This document shows, one piece after another, positions 1-9,939 of a stretch of DNA of 22,560 nt (position 1 is its first letter; each line of letters opens with the position of its first letter). The notes under the pieces are model-generated. The model was not told where the DNA came from and ran no database searches. It saw only the letters and a program-made list of their open reading frames with translations. The DNA is from Paraphysomonas bandaiensis (lineage: Eukaryota; Protista; Chrysophyceae), in contig CBFFRP010000626.1 in assembly GCA_965644295.1 (NCBI GenBank), positions 1-22,560 on the forward strand, read 5' to 3'. The position numbers and the translations under genes are program-made.

Positions 1-1756
1 GCTCCTGCGATCTTCTGGTTTTTGTCGGTATCATTTGCCTTGTCTCGCGCCTATGTTTCCTCCTGTGAGCCTTGCCTTGTGCGCAGCCATCACAAAGGCC
101 TTCTGGTAGCTGTGGCGAGCTCAGGTCGGATTTTGAAATAGTGATTCCTTTCACAAGATTCAACTTTAGTGCTTTTTGAATTAAGCCAATGGATGCGTGG
201 GTCAACCTTCGATGTGCCAGGGAGATCGAGGAACCGCTTGATGTAGATGCCAAGTTGCACTGGTCTTGGATGTAACCTAAATCGGATAATTTGATCTCGT
301 ATAGACCGTTTTGTTTCCTGGCTGTGGTTAACAAAATTCCATCGTGGTATACGCGTGCCTCGTTTGGTCCGAATATAATATTGCAGTTGGCGTCTGTTGT
401 CAACTGGCTGATAGAAATTAAAGTCTTTGACGCGTCTGGAACTAGCCTGCACTTGCTAATCAGTCCAAGCTTGCCGTATCCCAATGCCTGCATTTCTGAT
501 CCTGATTTGGCGGTGTAAATTGTGGTTTGATCGTAAGTGAATTCGGAGAGTAAGCTTCGTGCTGCTGTAATTGATATTGTGCAGCCAGAGTCTAGAATGC
601 CAAATTCCTGCTTCTCGTGTTCCGTATGTAGGACGTGGTTGTCTGTGATCATCCCAGAGAATGCACTGTAGTCATTGTCATCGTTTGGCCCCTCATCGTC
701 ATAGTCTTCCAGTCTTAAGTTCGAATCCCGATGACTGTTTCTTGGGTATTTTGATGATGTGTTCTTGGAGTGATGCCCTTTCCCTCTTTTGTCGTCGTTT
801 CGTTTGTTTGTAGACTTCTGCATCTGTTGTATGTGTTCCCACGAGTGCTTGCACTCTGCTGCAATGTGGTTGGATCCATTGCATCTGAAGCACTTAACTT
901 CGCGCGAGGCTCTTGTGACTTTGCTGGGCTTGTTGAATTTCTTCTGTTTTCGCTGCCCGTTGTTGTGCTTCTGCTTCTTCGGTAGACGGGGGTTAAACGG
1001 CTGTTTGCCTGTTGAGCTGTAGTTTGCGCTGTCCCGTTTGGTTTCCGTATTTTGTGATAGTAGGGAGCCTACAGTGGAATGCTCGAATGCTCTCAATCTT
1101 CTTATCAGCGTTTTATAATCATCAATTGGGTTCATTTGGAGGTTGATTGCCAGGTCCTTATAGGTCTGGTTCTCATTTGAGACCATCCCTTGTCGTATTC
1201 TTGAAATAAGGTCTTGTTCAGAGACTTTGTGGCCATGTGTAGCGAGCTTTAATCGCAATTTTTCGACTTCGTCCAGGAATTGATTGATTGTTTGAGCTTG
1301 CTTGATTTTGATTGATTGCAGTTGGCCAATGAGGTCGGTTATCGTATCATTTGAGGTCTTGTCTTTGAAATGCTTTTCGATCTCTGACCATGCCCTTTTT
1401 CCATCTCCTTCAGGGACTGTTTCGATAATACCCTCTGCTTCCTCGTTTTGGCCAATCACCGCGCTGGATAGAAGTGACCATAGGTAATTGTTGCCCTCCT
1501 CGAAATACTGCATATTTTCGTCGTAGGCGTTTTTCCTGTATAGGTAGTCCTCTTCTGTTTCTTCCTCTTGACGTATAGGCTCCTCTGGCGCATCGTTTCT
1601 TAGGATGTATACTATCTTAGGCTTACGAAAGAACCAGGCTCTACTTTTCTTCTGCCATTTTGAGAAGTTCTTGGCGTCGAAGGGTGGCATGGAATCCTTC
1701 CTCTTGTCCGATGAGTCGGAGTCGGAGTTATCGTAACTGTTAGTCTTAGAACTCAT
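1..1756 (-). CDS. Copia Gag-Pol polyprotein, N-terminal ~585 aa (partial; missing from the ORF track because it has no stop in the window)
   Basis: Manual translation from ATG 1756: MSSKTNSYD...MPPFDAKNFSKWQKK...GDGKRAWSEIEKHF (gag), zinc knuckle CFRCNGSNHIAAEC, protease ILDSGCT, integrase Zn motif AHRRLTH...CDGC; no stop down to base 1. Confidence 0.9.
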   Translation of the reverse strand, partial: MSSKTNSYDNSDSDSSDKRKDSMPPFDAKNFSKWQKKSRAWFFRKPKIVYILRNDAPEEPIRQEEETEEDYLYRKNAYDENMQYFEEGNNYLWSLLSSAVIGQNEEAEGIIETVPEGDGKRAWSEIEKHFKDKTSNDTITDLIGQLQSIKIKQAQTINQFLDEVEKLRLKLATHGHKVSEQDLISRIRQGMVSNENQTYKDLAINLQMNPIDDYKTLIRRLRAFEHSTVGSLLSQNTETKRDSANYSSTGKQPFNPRLPKKQKHNNGQRKQKKFNKPSKVTRASREVKCFRCNGSNHIAAECKHSWEHIQQMQKSTNKRNDDKRGKGHHSKNTSSKYPRNSHRDSNLRLEDYDDEGPNDDNDYSAFSGMITDNHVLHTEHEKQEFGILDSGCTISITAARSLLSEFTYDQTTIYTAKSGSEMQALGYGKLGLISKCRLVPDASKTLISISQLTTDANCNIIFGPNEARVYHDGILLTTARKQNGLYEIKLSDLGYIQDQCNLASTSSGSSISLAHRRLTHASIGLIQKALKLNLVKGITISKSDLSSPQLPEGLCDGCAQGKAHRRKHRRETRQMIPTKTRRSQE

Positions 1757-1765
1757 CCGCTGCCA

Positions 1766-1961
1766 AAATAAGATTTAAGGTTAGTCTTAATATTTAGTAA
1801 GAATATACTTGATATTATTAGAGATAAAGATTGAACGATAAGGCCTAATAGTATAATAGCAAGACACGTTTGAGCAGAGCGTTAGCACCACACACATGTG
1901 CGTATCTTGTACAGTCGCGTATCATGTATAGTTTGGTAATTATTCAGTCTATTTGGTAACA
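1766..1961 (-). repeat. Putative 5' LTR of Copia element 1
   Basis: Starts TGTTA on the minus strand and ends just before the TGG of the PBS; no partner LTR in the window; no terminal CA. Confidence 0.5.
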
Positions 1962-2249
1962 GAAGTTGACATTATTTGCTAAGGTTTACTATTCTCAACT
2001 GATAAGATGAAATTATAAACATTACATGATAAAGAACCTAAGTTGTGTTCGATGTGTTCAACACCATTCATTTACTACTATAGTGTACAAACCACCCACT
2101 CAGTGATCGTATCCTGTATAGTCATCCACTTCTACTTCAGTTTCATACTACATAATATAATGTACTAATTACATATATATCTTTCGATCCTTGCATCTCA
2201 CATAATACTGCACTCAATTGCAAGTATATAGAATCTTCAGATCTCAACA
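1957..2249 (-). repeat. 3' LTR of Copia 2
   Basis: Matches 6958-7250; minus strand TGTTGAG...CTTCTGTTA. Confidence 0.93.
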
Positions 2250-2260
2250 CTCCCCCTCAA
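2250..2260 (-). other. Polypurine tract of Copia 2
   Basis: TTGAGGGGGAG directly before the TG of the 3' LTR on the minus strand. Confidence 0.85.
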
Positions 2261-2374
2261 TTGAGTGTTGTACTTATGACGCCTCCCAGCTATTGAATGC
2301 CTGAGATAAAAAAATTCTTGACAGTAAAATAGACTCATCTCTAAGTCTAAACCTCTGTCTAAAAAACTCAGTAC

Positions 2375-5300
2375 CTACTTGCGCCTTCTTTTATCCCTTG
2401 GTCCCTCATTAATCACTTCAGTGGAACTCTTAACTTTCTCTCCAAGATTTCTCTTTCTCTGCTCCATATATGATAAACCAACCAATGACTTTGTATAAAT
2501 ATCTGCTGCTTGTTGCGATGTATGCACATGCACTAACTTAATCGTATTGAACTGATTGGGATCCACGTGCTCTCTCACCATGTGATACTTAATCTCAATG
2601 TGCTTCGACTTCTTGTGAAACACTGGGTTTTCGGCCAAATCCTGGGCACTCTGACTGTCGATGAAGAATGGTGTGGGTTTGATGAGCCTCAACTTAATCT
2701 CACCCGTCACCCCCCGAACCCATAGCACTTCTTGGAGACCCGAGTAAATACACTGATACTCAGACTGCATGCTTGACGTTGCCACTGTCGTCTGCAGTTT
2801 GGACTGCCAGACTATAGGCCCTCCCGCTGCAAACCCAACGTACCCCGACGTGGACTTCCTGGAGAGCTGATCTCCCGCCCAATCCGCGTCAGTAAACATA
2901 TGGAAGTCGAACCGTCTACTCCCATATTGAATCCCTTTGTCAATAGAACCACGAATATATTGCCATACATGTGTTAATAGCTTGCATACTTCAATATTCA
3001 CCTTATTACTGAACCGAGACAGTACTCCCACTGCATAGGCTATATCCGGCCTCGTGTTCATCGATAGATATAGTAATGCACCTATCAGCGGCCGATATGG
3101 GAAGTTATCTACTATAAGCTGTTCCTCCTCGGTATGCTCATGCCGCGCCCCTTTTGCCACTAAATCCATTGCTTCCGCCGGTAGAGGACTCTTCCGTACC
3201 TTTCGCGGTGACCCAAGATACTTTTCAAACTTTTCTAAGATCTTAGCCGCATATACTGATTGGTCAAGACGAATATACTCTGGCGTTCTTGTGACTCGAA
3301 CATTGAGAAAATGTTCCATCTCGCCCATATCCTTCATATCAAACCGGGCACACAGTTGAGCTTTAATATCCTTCACTATGTTGACATCACGACCTAACAC
3401 TAGGATATCATCCACATATATCGTTAATAATATCAATTCATCGCCCTTATACTGATAATACAAACACGGGTCTAATACACATGGTTTAAAATGCATAGAT
3501 CGTATGAATTTATCCAATGTTTTCCACCACGACCGCGGGGAACTCCGAAGCCCGTATAACGACTTCTTCAGCTTAAAGCAGTACCCCTCAGGCAGCTGAA
3601 AGTCCGGAGTTGCCTTCATATATACATCCCCCTCTATATCTGCATATAGAAATGCGTTAGACACATCCAGTTGATGAATTACCATGTTCATCACGAAAGC
3701 TATGGCGATTAACAGTCGCACTGTTACCCCCTTAACAACGGGTGCGAAATGGTTCGCCCAACCACTCGACTGCTGTCCACAACCGATCGCTACAAGACGA
3801 GCCTTATATCGGCGGACCTCTCCCTCCTTATCGTACTTCTTTCCATAGACGTACTTGGAGTGCAGTGGGACGACTCCGTCCGGTATACGAGTCACCTCCA
3901 TGGTATCTCGCTTCGCCAAACCCTCTCGCTCTACACGGCGAGCTCGTCTCCACTCCCTGTGCTCGGCACTCTCCAAGGACTCACGATGTGTCTGAGGCAC
4001 TGTCGACTCTTCCGCTGACATCCACACTGAGTCTGCCTCCTGTAAAAGGTCACTCACATCACTCTCATCACTCAAATGATGGATTTGTCCTAACACCGAC
4101 ACATTCGTTACCGTCCTTGGAGTTCTTGCGCGTTTGCCGTGCGGATGATTCTCGGCAGGGGCCCCTTCCCCCGAAGGTAATGCTGAGTCAGCCTGGGGCT
4201 GCACCTGCCCACTTTCCGACTGCTGTGGCACCACTCCGCTGATACCGCCGTCACGGTTGTCAGTAACTCTGGCCCTAACCACCCTCTGCGCAAGATCCTC
4301 TGTCATCTTCTTGATGTCAGCAATATGAATAGGAGTTTTATCCTCCACTTGAACCTGGTTACCAGTAACCAACGACCGGTATCCCACAATAAGTCCCTTC
4401 CTTATCACCACTCTGTTAGTCTTGTATAGCAGACCACCATCCTCATGGTGCTTTCCGATAAGATACTCAAACTCACCCGGTTGACGAGCCTCGGGATCTA
4501 TAGCCACTTGAGCCTCCTCCAGCTCTCTATAATAATCCTGAGACCTCTCAGGTACCGATTCATCAAATAATACATGTACAGAGTGTACTACGGTGTCCCC
4601 CACTAGCACCTTGTATCCTTTTCGATCAGCTGGATACCCTATGAAATAACCTGTCATTGCTTTGTCCTCCCAGTCCTTCCTCCTGTCGGCCTTGGGTGTT
4701 AGCACATATGCTTTGCACCCCCATTTCCGTAGCCACGATAGGCTGGGAACGCTCCCCCCTGGGACACACTCATATGGAGACATCCATCCTTGCCACGTCC
4801 GAGTTGGCATTCGTCGCACAATGTAACATGCAGTTTGATAAGCATCAAACCAGAACGACTTTGGAAGTCCAGATGCCGTCAACATCGTCAGTGTCATCTC
4901 CCCAATTGTTCGGAATTTCCTCTCAGACACCGCGTTGAGCTCTGGCGTGTCTCGTGTTGTATGTGACACCCGAGTCCCATATCGCTGCAACAGATACTCT
5001 CTTATCTGCTGACTAATAAGTTCGGATCCTCCATCGGCATGATACTCCACTATACGGTTCCACCCCTCGTACTTCACTAAGTGGACCTCGCACAAGTGTC
5101 GTAGACATTTGAACACCTCCTCTCCGCTTCGAGTCCTCAGTCCATATTCCCATATCATCTTTGTTGCTAAGTCCGTAAATAGGAGCACGTACTTATACCC
5201 TTGTCTGGATTCACAATTGAGATAGACGGAGATGTCCGCTGTTACTCTTTCCAGGAACCTGACTGCGCTTAGCTCTTCGTTGTCCCGTGATTTGAACGAA

Positions 5301-6973
5301 TGCCTGGTTATCTTCGCCTTGGCACACCATTTACACAGGGGTTTCTTGCAACTCTTCTCCTTTGCCTTCGAAAGGTGATGTCGTTGTAGTCCTGATCCTC
5401 TGAATAACATGTGTCGGTGAGCTTCTAATAACTTCGATTTCGAGACATGTCCAGTACGCTCATGTAAGCGATCCAACGCATCTTGTCCTGTATTATCCGA
5501 CAAATTTACCTCCTCCATCTGATTGCACATAGACACATTTGGCAGATTTAACACCTCCATCAAGTCCACATACGGCATCCCTCCATGCTCATCGTACTCT
5601 CCAGTCAACACCTCGTTTCCAGAGTCCAATTCCACGATTTTAGGCTTTCGAAGCAGTTGTAATCCGTATCCCATTGATCTCAGCATCCCTCCTGACACAA
5701 TGTTCTTCACCGCTTCTTCACTAACTCTGATGTCTCTCCATTCCCCGAATGTACCAGTTCCCTGTGTCTCCAATTGAGAACCCTTTCTAGTTAGTTGGAT
5801 TGCCCCAAACTCAGGAGTAAATGACTCCAGTGCAATTTTATCCTTTACTATAAACAGTCTTTTACTTGCACAACTGTCCAGATATACACGAGGTTCTTCC
5901 GACGTATCCACCGATAGCAAAACCTCTTCTCCAAACATATTCGCTTCATCATCCGACGACTCTCCGTCGTTGACGTATTTCTTCCATTCTGTCTCGAATT
6001 TCCTGTTCGATTTTCGAGGATTCTCATTATCCGGGTTTTTTATGTTCTTCCGTTTTTTCGACTTGCACTGTCGGGCTTTATGACTAAAATCTCCACAGAT
6101 ATGACAACCAGTATAATCCTTTGATCCTGGCTGCTGCACACTCTTCGAAGCCTTTTCCTTTGTCTTCCCTTTTCTTTTGAACTTATCCATTTTTCTTTGT
6201 CGTTCCTTAGCATAACAATTCGCTGCTACATGTCCCTTCTTCCGACAAAATGAACAAACCACTGGCTCCTTCGACGCCGTAAAATTGATCTCTTCAGATT
6301 TGTCTCCCTTTAGTTTCTTCAGCTGCGTCATAGCCTCGTCATACTCTTCACAAGCCTCTTTCACCGAATCAAATGTAGTTGTTGCTTTAGGCATCATCGC
6401 TACCGACATCCATAAATCATGTAATTCCTCTATCTGCAGCGCTGCTTTTATCTTTGCTAATTTACTTGCCTCTGTCTGCGGTTGTCCCAATTTTATGAGC
6501 TTCTGGATTATACCGTTCAGTCGATCTACCCCAACAGACACCTTTTCCCCCGGCCTTATTTTGAACGAATGGTATTCTGCCGTAGTCTTCTCCAATACAG
6601 TCCCAATCTCGCCTCTGAACCTATCAACCAGTGTCTGAAGGAGCTCACTGGATAACACCTCCTTAGCAGGATCATCAGCAGGTAAAATTGCCTTCCCCTC
6701 CAAATATTGATTGGCTACCTCCAACACATCAGGGTCATGCTCGCAAGCCTCCCAAATAGTACTAACACAGGTATCATTACGCTCTCTCCATGACTCTAAA
6801 TTCCTTCCTCCGGCTGGCGGGTCCTCCAAGCCAAGATGGTTTCGGTTTTTCTTCATTAGATGCATCTTGATTTTTCTCGCTGAATAGTCTGCTTGGTTCT
6901 TGTCAAACCGTAGCTTCTTGTCATCTTCCCCATCCCTACAACTAGCATTCGCTACCATAACAGAAGTTGACAT
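2375..6973 (-). CDS. Copia Gag-Pol polyprotein (Gag with two CCHC knuckles, protease, integrase, RT, RNase H)
   Basis: CSFCRKKGHVAANC and CHICGDFSHKARQC; YLDSCAS; LHERTGH...CKWC; integrase TADI/ADGGSE/AVSER; RT QLDVSNAFL, KSLYGLR, YVDD; RNase H TDADWAGD, KHIEIKYH. Start is either 6973 (inside the LTR) or 6958. Confidence 0.97.
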   Translation of the reverse strand: MSTSVMVANASCRDGEDDKKLRFDKNQADYSARKIKMHLMKKNRNHLGLEDPPAGGRNLESWRERNDTCVSTIWEACEHDPDVLEVANQYLEGKAILPADDPAKEVLSSELLQTLVDRFRGEIGTVLEKTTAEYHSFKIRPGEKVSVGVDRLNGIIQKLIKLGQPQTEASKLAKIKAALQIEELHDLWMSVAMMPKATTTFDSVKEACEEYDEAMTQLKKLKGDKSEEINFTASKEPVVCSFCRKKGHVAANCYAKERQRKMDKFKRKGKTKEKASKSVQQPGSKDYTGCHICGDFSHKARQCKSKKRKNIKNPDNENPRKSNRKFETEWKKYVNDGESSDDEANMFGEEVLLSVDTSEEPRVYLDSCASKRLFIVKDKIALESFTPEFGAIQLTRKGSQLETQGTGTFGEWRDIRVSEEAVKNIVSGGMLRSMGYGLQLLRKPKIVELDSGNEVLTGEYDEHGGMPYVDLMEVLNLPNVSMCNQMEEVNLSDNTGQDALDRLHERTGHVSKSKLLEAHRHMLFRGSGLQRHHLSKAKEKSCKKPLCKWCAKAKITRHSFKSRDNEELSAVRFLERVTADISVYLNCESRQGYKYVLLFTDLATKMIWEYGLRTRSGEEVFKCLRHLCEVHLVKYEGWNRIVEYHADGGSELISQQIREYLLQRYGTRVSHTTRDTPELNAVSERKFRTIGEMTLTMLTASGLPKSFWFDAYQTACYIVRRMPTRTWQGWMSPYECVPGGSVPSLSWLRKWGCKAYVLTPKADRRKDWEDKAMTGYFIGYPADRKGYKVLVGDTVVHSVHVLFDESVPERSQDYYRELEEAQVAIDPEARQPGEFEYLIGKHHEDGGLLYKTNRVVIRKGLIVGYRSLVTGNQVQVEDKTPIHIADIKKMTEDLAQRVVRARVTDNRDGGISGVVPQQSESGQVQPQADSALPSGEGAPAENHPHGKRARTPRTVTNVSVLGQIHHLSDESDVSDLLQEADSVWMSAEESTVPQTHRESLESAEHREWRRARRVEREGLAKRDTMEVTRIPDGVVPLHSKYVYGKKYDKEGEVRRYKARLVAIGCGQQSSGWANHFAPVVKGVTVRLLIAIAFVMNMVIHQLDVSNAFLYADIEGDVYMKATPDFQLPEGYCFKLKKSLYGLRSSPRSWWKTLDKFIRSMHFKPCVLDPCLYYQYKGDELILLTIYVDDILVLGRDVNIVKDIKAQLCARFDMKDMGEMEHFLNVRVTRTPEYIRLDQSVYAAKILEKFEKYLGSPRKVRKSPLPAEAMDLVAKGARHEHTEEEQLIVDNFPYRPLIGALLYLSMNTRPDIAYAVGVLSRFSNKVNIEVCKLLTHVWQYIRGSIDKGIQYGSRRFDFHMFTDADWAGDQLSRKSTSGYVGFAAGGPIVWQSKLQTTVATSSMQSEYQCIYSGLQEVLWVRGVTGEIKLRLIKPTPFFIDSQSAQDLAENPVFHKKSKHIEIKYHMVREHVDPNQFNTIKLVHVHTSQQAADIYTKSLVGLSYMEQRKRNLGEKVKSSTEVINEGPRDKRRRK
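6946..6957 (-). other. Primer-binding site of Copia 2
   Basis: TGGTAGCGAATG immediately after the 5' LTR; primer tRNA not identified. Confidence 0.65.
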
Positions 6974-7250
6974 TATTTGCTAAGGTTTTCTATTCTCAAC
7001 TGATAAGATGAAATTATAAACATTACATGATAAAGAACCTAAGTTGTGTTCGATGTGTTCAACACCATTCATTTACTACTATAGTGTACAAACCACCCAC
7101 TCAGTGATCGTATCCTGTATAGTCATCCACTTCTACTTCAGTTTCATACTACATAATATAATGTACTAATTACATATATATCTTTCGATCCTTGCATCTC
7201 ACATAATACTGCACTCAATTGCAAGTATATAGAATCTTCAGATCTCAACA
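6958..7250 (-). repeat. 5' LTR of Copia 2
   Basis: Matches 1957-2249 with one substitution. Confidence 0.93.
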
Positions 7251-7672
7251 GGGAGTAGCCTAAATATCACTATATAGTGCGGGATATATCACCTCGTAAT
7301 ATCGATATGGATACAAGATAACACCTTCATTCATTCATAATAATCAACTACAGAAGCATTATTACGTGTGCAATTATGTGTTCTTTATTCAAATTTAAGC
7401 AGAACTTTACAAATATGACTCTCTCGAGACATACTGACGATTGCTTCCTCTTTCTAATTTAAACTATCTGCGAATGGCTTTCTACTACTATTCGGTGCTT
7501 CCGACAATGATGGGAATATGCCATTTAAATTTAGAGATACCTCACAAGTTGCAACATATAAATAAATATTCCATTCTACTACATTTTTTCCACAAGAATT
7601 CAAGCGACAATAAATGCATATTCCAATAGTTGCATTGGCCAACCAGTAAGAGTATAGGTCTACTTGACACGA

Positions 7673-8788
7673 CTAGACGGCATCAGCAGGATACAGATCT
7701 TCCATGGGAATGTGAAAGCGCGGGCCCCAATAGCTCTCGCTGTGAGTAGCGCCCTCATCCACGTAACGAAACACGTCCACATTTTCCTGGAATCCGTCAG
7801 CAACCATCTGCTCATAGATGTCCAGAGTGTATGCTGTGCACTCCTTCTCTCCCAGAGATCCAGTGCCAGAATCCATATATATGCGCGGTAGAGGGGCGGG
7901 CGGAACAGAGGCGGGAATCACATTTTTTTGGAAGTCATTGTAATCCCACCAGAATGAGCTGGACATACATCCGGCTTTGCCATACACCTGCGGGCGGGTC
8001 CACACGGCGTAGCAACTGATAAGTCCGCCCAGAGAGGAGCCTAGAATACCTAGGTTATCCCTAGTAACTTCAACACGAAACTCAGATTGTACAAGTGGAA
8101 TAAGGGTGGACTCGATCCAGTCTAGGTAGAGGTCACCCTTGCCTCCAGCGCCCTCAGAAGGATCGTAAACGTAAGTGTACTCGTTAATCCGGTCAGGGGT
8201 GTTGTATGCACCAACGATCAGAACTTCGTCCGTCTGGCCACCAATAATAGTCTCATCGAGGGAGTCCTGGCACATCCAGGCGTTTCCCATATATGCTGTA
8301 CTTCTGTCGAACAGGTTCTGTCCGTCGTGCATGATTAGAATATTGGTGTGCACCTTGAGAGTATTTTCCAGATAACTCGGAGGCAGATAAAAAATAACAT
8401 CTCGAAAATTGTTTAACTCCTTTGAGTACACATTTTTAATAGTTGTTAATGTGCCTTGATATGTGTAGAACCAAGGGTACAAGGTGGACGAGAGAGGGGA
8501 CGAGGTCATGCTGACGTGGTGGTTGGACCCCAACATCCACACCTTATCATCAACCAATACCTTCACCTCAACAGATTCAACGCTATCAGAACACGATATA
8601 GTCACAGTCCACGAGTTGTTCTGGCTCACATCCATCTTAATACCTCTGTCCCAGTTAAGCCCACAGCTGTCTCCCCTCAAATACAGTGAAGAGACAGAGT
8701 GAGGATACATCGCCTTAATCTCAATCTGACTGCATTCAGACAAACACAGCAGCGAAAGCGCCGAAAAAAGAAAGAATATTTTGACCAT
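7673..8788 (-). CDS. Secreted alpha/beta-hydrolase (putative esterase, PF00756/COG2819-like) with a small N-terminal carbohydrate-binding-like domain
   Basis: 371 aa, no introns; hydrophobic signal peptide; YLPPSY, MHDGQNLF, nucleophile elbow GSSLGG, SSSFWW, YMDSG, catalytic-His motif HSESYW. Confidence 0.88.
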   Translation of the reverse strand: MVKIFFLFSALSLLCLSECSQIEIKAMYPHSVSSLYLRGDSCGLNWDRGIKMDVSQNNSWTVTISCSDSVESVEVKVLVDDKVWMLGSNHHVSMTSSPLSSTLYPWFYTYQGTLTTIKNVYSKELNNFRDVIFYLPPSYLENTLKVHTNILIMHDGQNLFDRSTAYMGNAWMCQDSLDETIIGGQTDEVLIVGAYNTPDRINEYTYVYDPSEGAGGKGDLYLDWIESTLIPLVQSEFRVEVTRDNLGILGSSLGGLISCYAVWTRPQVYGKAGCMSSSFWWDYNDFQKNVIPASVPPAPLPRIYMDSGTGSLGEKECTAYTLDIYEQMVADGFQENVDVFRYVDEGATHSESYWGPRFHIPMEDLYPADAV

Positions 8789-8859
8789 TCTAGACGACAG
8801 TGAATACTATTAAAGTAAACTAATTACAACCAACCCACCTCTATATACACGATAGATAC

Positions 8860-9006
8860 ACATACATACATACATACATACATACATACATACATACATA
8901 CATACATACATACATACATACATACATACATACATACATACATACATACATACATACATACATACATACATACATACATACATACATACATACATACATA
9001 CATACA

Positions 9007-9037
<31 letters not shown>

Positions 9038-9494
9038 CATACATACATACATACATACATACATACATACATACATACATACATACATACATACATACAT
9101 ACATACATACATACATACATACATACATACATACATACATACATACATACATACATACATACATACATACATACATACATACATACATACATACATACAT
9201 ACATACATACATACATACATACATACATACATACATACATACATACATACATACATACATACATACATACATACATACATACATACATACATACATACAT
9301 ACATACATACATACATACATACATACATACATACATACATACATACATACATACATACATACATACATACATACATACATACATACATACATACATACAT
9401 ACATACATACATACATACATACATACATACATACATACATACATACATACATACATACATACATACATACATACATACATACATACATACATAC
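8860..9494. repeat. (ATAC)n microsatellite, left arm, ~635 bp
   Basis: Near-perfect tetranucleotide run with one extra T near 9007. Confidence 0.99.
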
Positions 9495-9700
9495 TGTGGC
9501 ATGAAACTCCTAGTTTTAGGGCTTGGGAGTTTCTCTCCTTCTGGAAACATGGGGTTTCCCTTCAGGATACGGTAGTCGAGTGGCAGTAGTTTCATGCCAG
9601 ACTATTCATACATGATTCTTATATACATAATAATCATATATTCTAGTCCTGCTCTGTTCTTGCTGTTAGCTACGTACTTGTAGGCAGTGGTTTGGGCACA
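9495..9700 (+). repeat. 5' LTR of Gypsy element
   Basis: TGTGGCATG...GGGCACA; identical to 13792-13997. Confidence 0.95.
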
Positions 9701-9939
9701 ATATCGATATTTTCCTGATTGTCTAGAAGGACTACAGCTTCCGCAAGGAAGGAGTGTGTAGAGCAAGAAGGGGGATGGCCAGGGGAGCCGATAACCTCTA
9801 GCTCGGGTTGTTGAGGGAAGGAGGAGGTTTTCTAGGGACCTCGTAAGCTCCAACCCTGATACTGGACTGCAGAGGGTTGCAGTGACCATGTAGAAGATCA
9901 TGGGGACTCAGAGGAAGGCTCAAGTGGACTTAGAGGTGT

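Larger units (their letters stand above)
1..1961 (-). mobile_element. Ty1/Copia LTR retrotransposon 1, 5' part (putative 5' LTR, PBS, gag-protease-start of integrase), truncated by the window edge
   Basis: Minus strand reads TGTTACC... from 1961, about 195 bp AT-rich, then PBS-like TGGCAGCGG (1765-1757) and an open gag-pol frame in Copia order (protease, then integrase HHCC). The second LTR is outside the window, so the LTR limits are inferred. Confidence 0.85.
1957..7250 (-). mobile_element. Complete, young Ty1/Copia LTR retrotransposon 2
   Basis: Direct repeats 1957-2249 and 6958-7250 (293 bp, one mismatch at 1988/6989), PBS next to the 5' LTR, PPT next to the 3' LTR, single intact 1532-aa ORF. 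Confidence 0.97.

Noticed and set aside
90-6638. Short ORFs overlapping the Copia polyproteins
   Set aside because: Antisense or alternative-frame shadows with no motifs.
7251-7255. GGGAG flank is the inverse of CTCCC at 2250-2254
   Set aside because: Only 5 bp; not a TSD and compatible with chance.
8810-9595. MYVC/HTYI-repeat ORFs (also 13899-14321)
   Set aside because: Translations of the (ATAC)n microsatellite, which has no stop codons.
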